Part shown: in pieces, positions 42,057-50,868 of the stretch
How positions within the stretch are numbered: position 1 is the first letter of the stretch
How the letters are laid out: the number at the start of each line of letters is the position of its first letter
NCBI GenBank assembly: GCA_964540105.1
Contig: CAZILL010000001.1
Span: 315,649-379,648, forward strand
Reading direction: 5' to 3'
Length of the DNA stretch: 64,000 bases
Source of the DNA: an uncultured Ignavibacteriales bacterium
GTDB taxonomy: Bacteria > Zixibacteria > MSB-5A5 > GN15 > FEB-12
Made by a program: the position numbers and the translations under genes
Notes under the pieces: model-generated
Told to the model about the DNA's origin: nothing
The model's database searches: none
Seen by the model: the letters and a program-made list of their open reading frames with translations, nothing else

Positions 42057-43262
42057 ATGCGCGTTTTCTTCCCAATCCTCTTTTTCGCGGCCGTGATACT
42101 CATTTTCGGGCTGCTCGAGCTGCTCTTCCTGCGTGTTCTCAACAGGACCTGGTGGCGGAAGAGATATCTCCGTCGTCTGGCCTGGCTGCTGCCGATCACC
42201 GGGTTCATGCTCGTCCTGATCTGGGGGATGGGAGAATACTTCTCTCAGAGCTGGCTTTCGTACCCGGCCTCAATACTGCTCGCGCTGGTCTTTGTTCTTG
42301 AGGCAGGACTGATGATCTCCCTTCCGATTTCCGGTTTGTTTCATGGGCTCAACCATCTCGTCGATCGCATCATCAGGCATCGCCAGCCCGAGACTTCAGT
42401 CGAGCCGATCGACAGCCGACGTCGCACCTTTCTCAAAGGAATGGCCGCTGCCACGCCGGTTCTGAGCCTGGCCGCCGGAACCGGCGGTCTGGCGACCGCG
42501 TTCACCCCGGTTCGTGTCTTTGTACTGCCAATCTTCTTCGATAACCTGCCCCTTGATCTTGAAGGGAAGCGAATCCTGCACGTCTCTGATGTTCACCTCC
42601 GCCACTACGTCACGCTCGACACGGTCGAACAGGTTGTGGCGTCGTCCCGTGCGTTTTCACCGGACCTGATCCTGATCACCGGCGACCTGGCCGACGATCT
42701 CGCGCAGCTTCCAGGGGCATTGACGCTCCTGCACGAGCTGCAGGCGCCGCTGGGCGCGTTTGCGGCTTTAGGCAACCACGAGTATTTCCAGGGGGTCGCT
42801 GAGGTTCGGCGACTCTTCGATGCTTCTCCGATTCCCCTGCTTGTAAATCGCGGGACCCTCATCCCGGTCGGTGGCAGCAAGTTGTTTGTCGGAGGGATCG
42901 ACGATCCGCGCCGCATGGGCGCCAAGGATCTCCCGTTCTTCGAGCGCGCTATCGACGCAACTCTGCGCGACGCCGACTCCGGTGCCTTTCGCATTCTGAT
43001 GAGCCATCGGCCCGACGGTTTCGAGATTGCGTCACAGCGAGGCGTTCATCTCACCCTGGCAGGACATACCCACGGCGGTCAGATCGGTCTCTTTGGACGT
43101 TCGATCTTCGAGTCCTCGCGGCCCGATCGGTATCTGTGGGGACATTACCAGATCGGCGCTGCGCATCTGTATACATCAGCGGGCGCTGGTCACTGGTTCC
43201 CGTTTCGTCTGGGCTGTCCGGCCGAAGCGCCGGTGATTGAACTGCGTCGAACCGTTGCATGA
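42057..43262 (+). CDS. Membrane-associated metallophosphoesterase
   Basis: Calcineurin-like motifs HVSDVHL, TGDLAD, GNHEY and GHTHGGQ. There are N-terminal hydrophobic helices and an internal RRTFLK twin-arginine-like motif. Confidence 0.8.
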   Translation: MRVFFPILFFAAVILIFGLLELLFLRVLNRTWWRKRYLRRLAWLLPITGFMLVLIWGMGEYFSQSWLSYPASILLALVFVLEAGLMISLPISGLFHGLNHLVDRIIRHRQPETSVEPIDSRRRTFLKGMAAATPVLSLAAGTGGLATAFTPVRVFVLPIFFDNLPLDLEGKRILHVSDVHLRHYVTLDTVEQVVASSRAFSPDLILITGDLADDLAQLPGALTLLHELQAPLGAFAALGNHEYFQGVAEVRRLFDASPIPLLVNRGTLIPVGGSKLFVGGIDDPRRMGAKDLPFFERAIDATLRDADSGAFRILMSHRPDGFEIASQRGVHLTLAGHTHGGQIGLFGRSIFESSRPDRYLWGHYQIGAAHLYTSAGAGHWFPFRLGCPAEAPVIELRRTVA

Positions 43263-43484
43263 ACGAACGAGGCGACGCGAGTCCTTCTTTGATCGCGATT
43301 TGAAAACGCAATTTTTTTTCTTCAATTTGAATATTTTTTCTTGCAAAAAATTTTTATATGTGATTATGTTTCGCTCGGACGAAGGGAAAAGATGCAAATC
43401 AGGGAAGCATTTTTCGTCCGGTAAGAATGTGAGAACCAGAGCAACACAAACCCAAACCAACCTGTAATGCTAAAGGAGCAACAC

Positions 43485-43925
43485 ATGGCAACCAAGAAGG
43501 CAACCAAGAAGGCAACCAAGAAGGCCACCAAGAAGTCCACCGCGAAGAAGAAATCCACAGCGAAGAAGGCCACCAAGAAGGCTGCCCCTAAGAAGAAAAC
43601 ACCTGCTCGACCAAAAAAGGCGGCGCCAAAAAAAAAGGTAGCTAAGAAAGCTGCCAAGCGGGCGCCGAGTACTCGTAAACCCAATGCGGCGTTCATGCGC
43701 CCTATGACTCCGTCCCCTGAGCTGGGTGCTATCATTGGCTCGAGCCCGATGCCCCGCACGGAAGTCACGAAAAAGCTTTGGGCTTACATCAAGAGATACT
43801 CACTGCAGGACAGTGTCAATCGGCGCATGATTAATGCCGACGACAAACTGCAGGGAATCTTCGGTGGAAGAAAACAGGTATCCATGTTTGAAATGACCAA
43901 ACTGGTATCGAAACACATGAAGTGA
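43485..43925 (+). CDS. SWIB/MDM2-domain protein with N-terminal Lys/Ala-rich histone-H1-like tail
   Basis: The ATG at 43485 follows AAGGAG. The tail is (KKAT)n ... PKKAAPKKKVAKKAAK. The C-terminal segment SPELGAIIG...RTEVTKKLWAYIKRYSLQD..NRRMINADDKLQGIFG...VSMFEMTKLVSKHM fits the SWIB consensus. Confidence 0.8.
   Translation: MATKKATKKATKKATKKSTAKKKSTAKKATKKAAPKKKTPARPKKAAPKKKVAKKAAKRAPSTRKPNAAFMRPMTPSPELGAIIGSSPMPRTEVTKKLWAYIKRYSLQDSVNRRMINADDKLQGIFGGRKQVSMFEMTKLVSKHMK
43488..43535 (+). repeat. Four tandem 12-bp units (GCAACCAAGAAG x3, GCCACCAAGAAG), in-frame ATKK repeats
   Basis: Read directly from the sequence. Degenerate copies continue to about 43590. Confidence 0.85.
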
Positions 43926-43950
43926 TTCTTTTGACACTGGCAACTCTAAG

Positions 43951-43980
43951 CAGGTCGGCATCAGCCGGCCTGTTTTTTTT
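43951..43980 (+). terminator. Rho-independent terminator after the SWIB gene
   Basis: The stem is CAGGTCGGC/GCCGGCCTG with one G-U pair and an ATCA loop, followed by T8. Confidence 0.7.
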
Positions 43981-44093
43981 GACGTCAGTGCGTCCTCGAC
44001 AAATCTGTTGTCTTTTCGGGAAGCTTCGGTATCTTGTCGAAGCTGTGAATTCGTTCACAAAAGTGTCCAGATGTTCTTGAGGAGAGTTGGCCT

Positions 44094-45338
44094 GTGTCGA
44101 ATGTTCGCCCGTTTCGTGGTTTACGCCCAAAGCCCGAATACGCCTCGCAAATAGCCTGCCCCCCCTATGATGTCCTGAGCACGACCGAAGCGCGCGCCGC
44201 AGCGCAGGGGAACCCAATCTCATTTCTGCGTGTCAACAAAGCCGAGCTGGAATTCCCCGATACGGCCAATCAGTACAGCTCCGAGATCTACCTGCGCGCC
44301 CGGGAAAACCTCATCCGCCTTGAGCATGACGGCTACATGGTCCGCGACGCCCACCCATGCTATTACTTGTATCGCTTGACGATGAACGGTCGCAGCCAGA
44401 CCGGCCTAGTGGCGCTTACCTCGGTGGACGAATACGATCGCGGTTTGATCAAGAAACATGAGCATACTCGACCGGAAAAAGTGGCCGACCGTGCCAACCA
44501 TATCATTGAAGTCCAGGCCCAGGTCGGTCCGGTATTCACCGCCTTTCGTTTCAATCCTGAAATCGACGCAATCTTCACGGCGGTGATCGCGGAACGTCCG
44601 AACATCAACTTCACCAGCGAGGACGAGATTCGCCACGAGCTTTGGGTCATTGAGAATGAATCCACCATCCAGACTATCGCGGCGGCTTTCGGACGCCTTC
44701 CCTGCACCTATATCGCCGATGGACATCACCGGAGCGAGGCGGCATCGGAAGTGGCTCGCCGCTTGCGATCGGCCGAATCGGGAGTACGACAGAGTGACGG
44801 AGCAGGGTACTTTCTCAATGTTCTTTTTCCGGATCGTGAGCTTCACATCATGCCGTATAACCGCGTCGTCCGAGATCTGAATGGGCTGAGTCTCACTGAA
44901 TTATTGAGTAGCGCCGGGCGCTCGTTTGAAATCTCAACCCATGAGGGGGAACTGACCCCCGCGCATGTGCACGAATTCGGGCTTTACTGCGAAAAGAAAT
45001 GGTATCTCCTGAAAGCCAAGTCAGGCAGTTTTGAACCAGATCATCCCACTCGTTCCATCGACGCCTCGATCCTCTCTGCGAATCTCCTTGATCCCATTCT
45101 GGCCATCACCAATCCTCGGACCGACAAGCGAATCGACTTTGTCGGTGGGATCAGAGGGACCGCTGAGTTGAAGCGGCTTGTGGATTCTGGGGACTACCAG
45201 ATCGCCTTTTCGCTCTTTCCTACATCCATTGAACAGTTGCTCAAGGTCGCCGACGCCGGCGAGGTTATGCCTCCCAAGTCGACCTGGTTTGAGCCGAAGC
45301 TTCGCGACGGAATGGTCGTGAATCTCTTAACCGACTGA
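44094..45338 (+). CDS. DUF1015 family protein
   Basis: GTG start 7 nt after GGAGAG. The N-terminus MSNVRPFRGLRP....A..IACPPYDV is characteristic of DUF1015. It lies upstream of serA/serC. Confidence 0.75.
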   Translation: MSNVRPFRGLRPKPEYASQIACPPYDVLSTTEARAAAQGNPISFLRVNKAELEFPDTANQYSSEIYLRARENLIRLEHDGYMVRDAHPCYYLYRLTMNGRSQTGLVALTSVDEYDRGLIKKHEHTRPEKVADRANHIIEVQAQVGPVFTAFRFNPEIDAIFTAVIAERPNINFTSEDEIRHELWVIENESTIQTIAAAFGRLPCTYIADGHHRSEAASEVARRLRSAESGVRQSDGAGYFLNVLFPDRELHIMPYNRVVRDLNGLSLTELLSSAGRSFEISTHEGELTPAHVHEFGLYCEKKWYLLKAKSGSFEPDHPTRSIDASILSANLLDPILAITNPRTDKRIDFVGGIRGTAELKRLVDSGDYQIAFSLFPTSIEQLLKVADAGEVMPPKSTWFEPKLRDGMVVNLLTD

Positions 45339-45358
45339 TACCACAAGGGGAAGATATC

Positions 45359-46237
45359 ATGCTTATTCTTATCGCCGACAAATTCGACGCCACCCTGCCG
45401 AAAACGCTCTCGAAGTATGGCGAAGTCACGGACGACAAGAACCGTCTGGCGCAAGCCGACATTATCCTCGTCCGCAGCAAGACCAAAGCCAACAAGGAGT
45501 ATCTCGACAGCGCGACCAATCTCAAGTTGATCATCCGTGGCGGAGTAGGACTGGACAACATCGACGCCATCCACGCACACAAGAAGGGTATTCTGGTCAA
45601 GAACACCGCTGAAGCTTCAACGACTGCAGTAGCTGAACTGGCCTTTGCCCTGATGATTGCCCTGCCCAATCATATCACCGCGGCCGACCGCTCAATGAAA
45701 GAGGGTAAATGGCTGAAGACCGAACTCGAACGCACGGAACTGTTCGGCAAGACTCTCGGCATCCTGGGTATGGGACGCATCGGAACCGCTCTCGCGGTGC
45801 GTGCGCGGGCTTTCAATATGCGCGTGCTGGCCTGGCATCCCGATGTCTTCTTCTCCGACTTTGCCGATATTCACGGCCCTCTCGACGAAGTGCTTCACAT
45901 GTCCGATTTTGTCTCCATGCACATGCCGGCGCTGCCTGAAACGAGGGGATTCATCAATAGGACGACGCTCGCGCAGTTCAAGGATGGCGCCTATCTTGTC
46001 AATACCGGACGAGGCGAATGCATCGTGGAAGAGGATGTGGTTGAGGCGCTCAAGTCCGGCAAACTCGCCGGATTCGGCAATGATGTCTGGGCGTCTGATC
46101 CGCCGGTCAATTCGCCACTGGTGAACGCGCCGAACTGCATCCTCACCCCACACACGGGCGCGTCGACCAAGGAGAACATGCTCCGCATCGGCTACGTCGT
46201 TGAAGGGATCATTTCGGAATTCGTGGCCAGAAAATAG
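45359..46237 (+). CDS. serA: D-3-phosphoglycerate dehydrogenase-like 2-hydroxyacid dehydrogenase (short form, no ACT domain)
   Basis: NAD-binding motif GILGMGRIGTA and a D-isomer 2-hydroxyacid dehydrogenase catalytic region (PHTGAST). It sits beside serC. Substrate specificity is not provable from sequence alone. Confidence 0.65.
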   Translation: MLILIADKFDATLPKTLSKYGEVTDDKNRLAQADIILVRSKTKANKEYLDSATNLKLIIRGGVGLDNIDAIHAHKKGILVKNTAEASTTAVAELAFALMIALPNHITAADRSMKEGKWLKTELERTELFGKTLGILGMGRIGTALAVRARAFNMRVLAWHPDVFFSDFADIHGPLDEVLHMSDFVSMHMPALPETRGFINRTTLAQFKDGAYLVNTGRGECIVEEDVVEALKSGKLAGFGNDVWASDPPVNSPLVNAPNCILTPHTGASTKENMLRIGYVVEGIISEFVARK

Positions 46238-46277
46238 GCCTGTGATATATTACCAAACCTGTTGAACGAGTGATAGT

Positions 46278-47363
46278 ATGGCGAAAAAGGTATACAATTT
46301 CAATCCAGGACCGGCGATCCTTCCCCGAGACGTGCTGGAGATCGTCCAGTCGGAGTTGCTCGATTACAACGGAACGGGCATGTCAGTGCTTGAAATATCG
46401 CACCGTTCCGCGGAATACGAGGAGATCAACAATCGCGCGATGTCCCTCCTGCTTGAGCTGATGCAGTTGGACGGTCAGTACAAAGTGCTCTTTCTCGGCG
46501 GAGGGGCCTCAACTCAATTTGCAATGCTCCCCATGAATTTCCTTAGCAAGGGGCAAACGGCGGCGTATGTCGATACCGGCGAGTGGGCCGCGAAAGCAGC
46601 CAAGGAGGCGAAGCTGTTTGGGACCGTCCACGTCGCAGCCTCTACCAAAGAAGAGAAATATCGTCGAATCCCCAGGCTTGCCGAGATCAGGTATCCGTCC
46701 GAAGTCGCCTATTTGCACTTGACCTCGAACAACACGATCTATGGCTCTCAGTTTCACTGGTGGCCGGAAACCGGAAACGTGCCGTTAGTCTGCGACATGT
46801 CGTCCGATATTCTCTCGCGAAAGCTCGACTTCTCACAGTTCTCCATGATCTATGCCGGCGCCCAGAAGAATCTCGGACCCGCGGGCGTGACGGTGGTCAT
46901 TGTTCGCGACACCTTCCTGGCTAAAGCCCAGAGCAACCTGCCGACCATGCTCAGTTACAAGACCCATGCCGACAAGCTGTCGTTGTACAATACGCCACCG
47001 GTCTTCGCGGTCTATATCTTGAAACTCGTGCTGGAGTGGATTAAGAAGTCGGGCGGGTTGTCTGCCATCGAGAAGGCAAACGTCGCCAAGAAAGAGCGAA
47101 TCTACCAGATGATGGATCTCTTCCCTGATTTCTATCGGGGGACTGTCGACGCCGATAGCCGGAGCTGGATGAACCTCACCATGCGCCTCCCGAGTGAAGA
47201 TTTGGAGAAGAAGTTCCTTTCTGAGGCCAAAGCGAGCGGATTGATTGGACTGAAAGGACACCGCGATGTCGGCGGCATTCGTGTCTCACTGTACAATGCG
47301 ATGTCACTCGAAGGCGCTACGCGCTTGAACGAATTCATGGATGCGTTCAAGAAGAACACCTGA
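46278..47363 (+). CDS. serC: 3-phosphoserine aminotransferase
   Basis: The N-terminus YNFNPGPAILP and the overall class-V aminotransferase pattern (GAQKNLGPAG) are typical of SerC. Confidence 0.85.
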   Translation: MAKKVYNFNPGPAILPRDVLEIVQSELLDYNGTGMSVLEISHRSAEYEEINNRAMSLLLELMQLDGQYKVLFLGGGASTQFAMLPMNFLSKGQTAAYVDTGEWAAKAAKEAKLFGTVHVAASTKEEKYRRIPRLAEIRYPSEVAYLHLTSNNTIYGSQFHWWPETGNVPLVCDMSSDILSRKLDFSQFSMIYAGAQKNLGPAGVTVVIVRDTFLAKAQSNLPTMLSYKTHADKLSLYNTPPVFAVYILKLVLEWIKKSGGLSAIEKANVAKKERIYQMMDLFPDFYRGTVDADSRSWMNLTMRLPSEDLEKKFLSEAKASGLIGLKGHRDVGGIRVSLYNAMSLEGATRLNEFMDAFKKNT

Positions 47364-47389
47364 GAGTTGCGAATCGTGCGGGAACAATC

Positions 47390-47430
47390 GTAGGTCGAGG
47401 CCACAGCAGGTTTCGACCTACTCCTTTTTC
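47390..47430 (+). terminator. Rho-independent terminator after serC
   Basis: The 9-bp stem GTAGGTCGA (47390-47398) pairs with TCGACCTAC (47413-47421), followed by TCCTTTTTC. Confidence 0.6.
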
Positions 47431-47438
47431 GAGTTTCT

Positions 47439-49439
47439 ATGAACACCGAAACATCCGGTTCGAACTCACCGATCTCCGCGATCAAGTCCCTTCGGACTCA
47501 TTGTCGTCGCCTTAGAGTTACAATTCTTGCCTCCTGCGCAGTCTCACGCACTGCACTTAGTTTTGCCATCATCGCGCTGCTTGCGGACTTTGCCCTCACG
47601 GAGCTTCTTCTGGTGCAAGGGTACGACCTCACCCCGGCTCACCTCATCGGATATACCCTCGGATTCGTCGTTCAGAGCGTCATCATAGCGAAAACATTGA
47701 GAGCGAGCTCTTCTTCACAAAGGAAATGGCACTACATCGCCATCTGGCTCGCGCTTGGGCTGATGGTCGCTTCCTTGCGAACAGGATCGCTGGTTGTCGC
47801 AACTCAACTCTGGGGTTGGTCAGAATTCTGGGCCGTTACCACACGAATGCTCGTTTCCCAAGCGCTCCTGTTCGGGGCTGCGGTTCTCCTCTCGAGTCCG
47901 GCGAGAACAGAGAGCGTGAAATCAGCGAGGCTTTTCCGAATCCTTCCTTTTGTAGTTATTGGCCACCTTGCTCTCCTGCGCCTTCTCTATCTCGGTCTGG
48001 GTGATCTTCTGGTCGAAGAAGCCTATTACTGGAACTATGCTCAGCATCTCGACTGGGGCTACCTCGATCACCCCCCGATGGTGGCCTGGCTGATCGGCGC
48101 CGGGACAACTGCCCTTGGTCAGAATGAGTTTGCGGTGAGAATCGGGACGTTCATTGCCTGGTGCATCGCAGCCTGGTTTCTTTTCAAGCTGGCTCGGGAT
48201 TTGTATGGCCGAACAGTGGCGATTCGAGCCATCATGCTCATCTCCTCCCTCCCCTTCTTCTTCGGGGTCGGTCTGATCGCCACCCCCGACGCTCCCCTTG
48301 TTGCTTGTTGGGCGGGACTGCTCTACTTCCTCCAAAGAGCGTTACTTGGTCAGCATTCCCACGCTTGGTGGGGAGTGGGCATTTGCCTTGGCCTCGGATT
48401 ACTTTCGAAATATACGATCGGACTGCTTGTCCCCGCCTCCCTGCTGTTCATGCTAACAGACTCGCGAGCTCGTCACTGGTTTCGCAGGCCTCAGCCGTAT
48501 CTGGCCCTCGCGTTGGCGGGTCTGCTCTTCGCGCCGGTCATCTTTTGGAATGCCCAACATGAATGGGTTTCGTTTCTGTTCCAGAGCGCGCGCCGTCTGC
48601 GGGAAACACCCCAGTTTTCTCTCCATCTGCTGTTGGCGTCCGCTTTGTTTCTCATAACCCCGACCGGCTTTTTGGCCGCCATCACCGCCCTGTTCCGCTC
48701 ACGGCTTTCACTGGGAGTAAGAAACACATTCTCCGGTCAGTCTTCTTCAACGCGACTGCTATTCGAAGCGTTCCTCTGTGCAGTACCGCTGAGTGTCTTT
48801 GCCGCCTTTAGCCTCACTCATGAACCCAAGCTCAACTGGACAGGTCCCGCCTGGCTGGCCCTGCTACCAATCATGGCCGCCGGCTTGACTTTCACGCGCG
48901 ACGAGGATTCCAATGCTCTCCGGAGATTCGTTCGACGAATGTGGGTACCCACAATCCTGTCTATGGTTGTCCTCTATGGCGCTGCCTTGAACTGGCTCAC
49001 GCCGGGTCTTTGCGGTCTGCCCTACCCGTCGTCGATGAAAGATGTCGCGGGCTGGAAGCAACTCGGTGCCCAGGTAGACACAGTTATTCGGCACGTTGCT
49101 GAGTCTACCGGCAGGAAACCACTGATCGTCGGTCTCGACCGCTACAACATTTCCAGCGAGCTGGCTTTTTACGCGCAAGAAGCGGGCCCTTCGCAATGCG
49201 CCGGTGTCCACCTGTTCGAGCAAAACGGCCTGATGTATCGCTATTGGTTCCCCGCCCAACAACAGGTCGGCCGAGATATTGTCATGGTCGCGCGAACAGC
49301 TCAGCGCTTATCAGAGTCGGAACAAACAAGCCACTTCGACTCTCTTTCAACAATCAGCGAGTTGCCCGTTACACTCAACGGAATCCCCATCGGTTCCTAT
49401 TTCACGCGGGTCGGCTTCAGCTACCGAGTGAATAGGTAG
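47439..49439 (+). CDS. GT-C fold glycosyltransferase, family 39/ArnT-like, with extra N-terminal ~130-aa 4-TM (GtrA-like?) segment
   Basis: The segment EEAYYWNYAQHLDWGYLDHPPMVAWLIG...GQNEFAVRIGT is typical of the first periplasmic loop of ArnT/PMT-type enzymes. The protein has many TM helices and a soluble C-terminal domain. Confidence 0.65.
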   Translation: MNTETSGSNSPISAIKSLRTHCRRLRVTILASCAVSRTALSFAIIALLADFALTELLLVQGYDLTPAHLIGYTLGFVVQSVIIAKTLRASSSSQRKWHYIAIWLALGLMVASLRTGSLVVATQLWGWSEFWAVTTRMLVSQALLFGAAVLLSSPARTESVKSARLFRILPFVVIGHLALLRLLYLGLGDLLVEEAYYWNYAQHLDWGYLDHPPMVAWLIGAGTTALGQNEFAVRIGTFIAWCIAAWFLFKLARDLYGRTVAIRAIMLISSLPFFFGVGLIATPDAPLVACWAGLLYFLQRALLGQHSHAWWGVGICLGLGLLSKYTIGLLVPASLLFMLTDSRARHWFRRPQPYLALALAGLLFAPVIFWNAQHEWVSFLFQSARRLRETPQFSLHLLLASALFLITPTGFLAAITALFRSRLSLGVRNTFSGQSSSTRLLFEAFLCAVPLSVFAAFSLTHEPKLNWTGPAWLALLPIMAAGLTFTRDEDSNALRRFVRRMWVPTILSMVVLYGAALNWLTPGLCGLPYPSSMKDVAGWKQLGAQVDTVIRHVAESTGRKPLIVGLDRYNISSELAFYAQEAGPSQCAGVHLFEQNGLMYRYWFPAQQQVGRDIVMVARTAQRLSESEQTSHFDSLSTISELPVTLNGIPIGSYFTRVGFSYRVNR

Positions 49440-49637
49440 TTACCCTGCAGACGGCCAGCACTGCTCCTCGACTTAGAGCCTTGTCGCAGAGTGAGCGCTT
49501 GCCTGGAGTGTGGATGACTACACGCCAACAGGTTGCGAGAAATAGCGCCCGTTGAGCTATTTGCTTGACAAGACTATGTGGAGACTGTTTTTTTGCAGGT
49601 TGTGGTTTGAATCAGTACCTCTCCAAAAGGAGCCTTT

Positions 49638-50864
49638 TTGAAAGCCGAACCGAAGGCAGAGGTCGCGTATCGCGACTTGTTCGACAAGTGTTTTAGTTTC
49701 CACGACGCTGACAACATTAAGCAACTGGGCATCTACCCATACTTCCACCCGGTTCAATCTGCCCCCGGTGACGAGGTCGTCATCGACGGCAAAGAGTGCA
49801 TCATGGTTGGCTCCAACAACTACCTTGGACTGGTGAATCATCCCAAAGTAAAGGAAGCGGCAGCCAAAGCGGCGATTGAATTCGGTTCCGGATGCACAGG
49901 CTCCCGATTCCTCAACGGTACCCTCGATTTTCATCTGGAACTGGAACGTCGCCTGGCCAAGTTCGTTCATAAGGATGCGGCTCTTGTGTTTTCTACCGGC
50001 TTCCAGACAAACCTGGGGACGATCTCCTGTCTCGTCGGTAAGAACGACTCGATCATCATTGACCGTCAGGTGCACGCCTGCATCGTTGATGGCTGCCGCC
50101 TATCGTACGGAAAGACCTATAAGTTCGCTCATAATGACATGAAAGACCTGGAGCGGGTCATCCAGAATGTTCGTCGGATCAACAGTCGCGGCGGCATACT
50201 CATCGTCGTGGACGGCATCTTCTCAATGGAGGGGGATATTATCAACCTCCCTGATCTGGTGAGCGTGGCCGGACAGTATGGGGCACGGGTGATGGTTGAC
50301 GACGCCCACTCGATTGGAGTACTGGGAGCAACCGGCGCCGGAACTGCTGAGCACTTCGGTCTGAACGATAAGGTCGACCTCATCATGGGGACCTTCTCGA
50401 AGTCATTCGCAGCGCTCGGGGGCTTCATCGCCGGTGAACACAAGGTTCTTGATTACATCCAGCACACAGCTCGCTCACTTATTTTCTCGGCGTCTATCAC
50501 CCCGTCATCGGCAGCCGCGGTTCTGGCCGCGCTCGACATTGTAGAGGCCGAACCGGAGCGGCGCGATCACTTGTGGAAGAATGCCCGCCGCATGCAGCGG
50601 GAGTTCCGTAACCTCGGATTCAATATCGGCCACACGGCCAGCCCTATCGTTCCGATCGTGGTCGGCGAGAACATTGATACCTTCTCTTTCTGGAAGGACC
50701 TCTTCGATAACGGCATCTTCACCAACCCGGTTGTGAGCCCGGCCGTAGCCCCGGGACAGGCCATGATCCGCACTTCGTACACAGCCACCCATACCGACGC
50801 CCAGTTGAGCCGCGTCGTTGAAGTGATCGCCCGCGTTGGCCGTCAGCGAGGACTCATTCCGTAA
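49638..50864 (+). CDS. PLP-dependent alpha-oxoamine synthase, serine palmitoyltransferase-like
   Basis: TTG start 5 nt after AAGGAG. Motifs present are GSNNYLGL, SRFLNGTLDFHLELE, FSTGFQTNLG and the Lys motif GTFSKSFAALGGF. By eye it is closer to SPT than to BioF or Kbl. Confidence 0.7.
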   Translation: MKAEPKAEVAYRDLFDKCFSFHDADNIKQLGIYPYFHPVQSAPGDEVVIDGKECIMVGSNNYLGLVNHPKVKEAAAKAAIEFGSGCTGSRFLNGTLDFHLELERRLAKFVHKDAALVFSTGFQTNLGTISCLVGKNDSIIIDRQVHACIVDGCRLSYGKTYKFAHNDMKDLERVIQNVRRINSRGGILIVVDGIFSMEGDIINLPDLVSVAGQYGARVMVDDAHSIGVLGATGAGTAEHFGLNDKVDLIMGTFSKSFAALGGFIAGEHKVLDYIQHTARSLIFSASITPSSAAAVLAALDIVEAEPERRDHLWKNARRMQREFRNLGFNIGHTASPIVPIVVGENIDTFSFWKDLFDNGIFTNPVVSPAVAPGQAMIRTSYTATHTDAQLSRVVEVIARVGRQRGLIP

Positions 50865-50868
50865 GCCT

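Noticed and set aside
43488-43590. Short tandem 12-bp repeats considered as a possible CRISPR or minisatellite
   Set aside because: The units are contiguous, with no spacers. They are in-frame within a well-supported CDS and encode the ATKK repeats of the Lys-rich tail.
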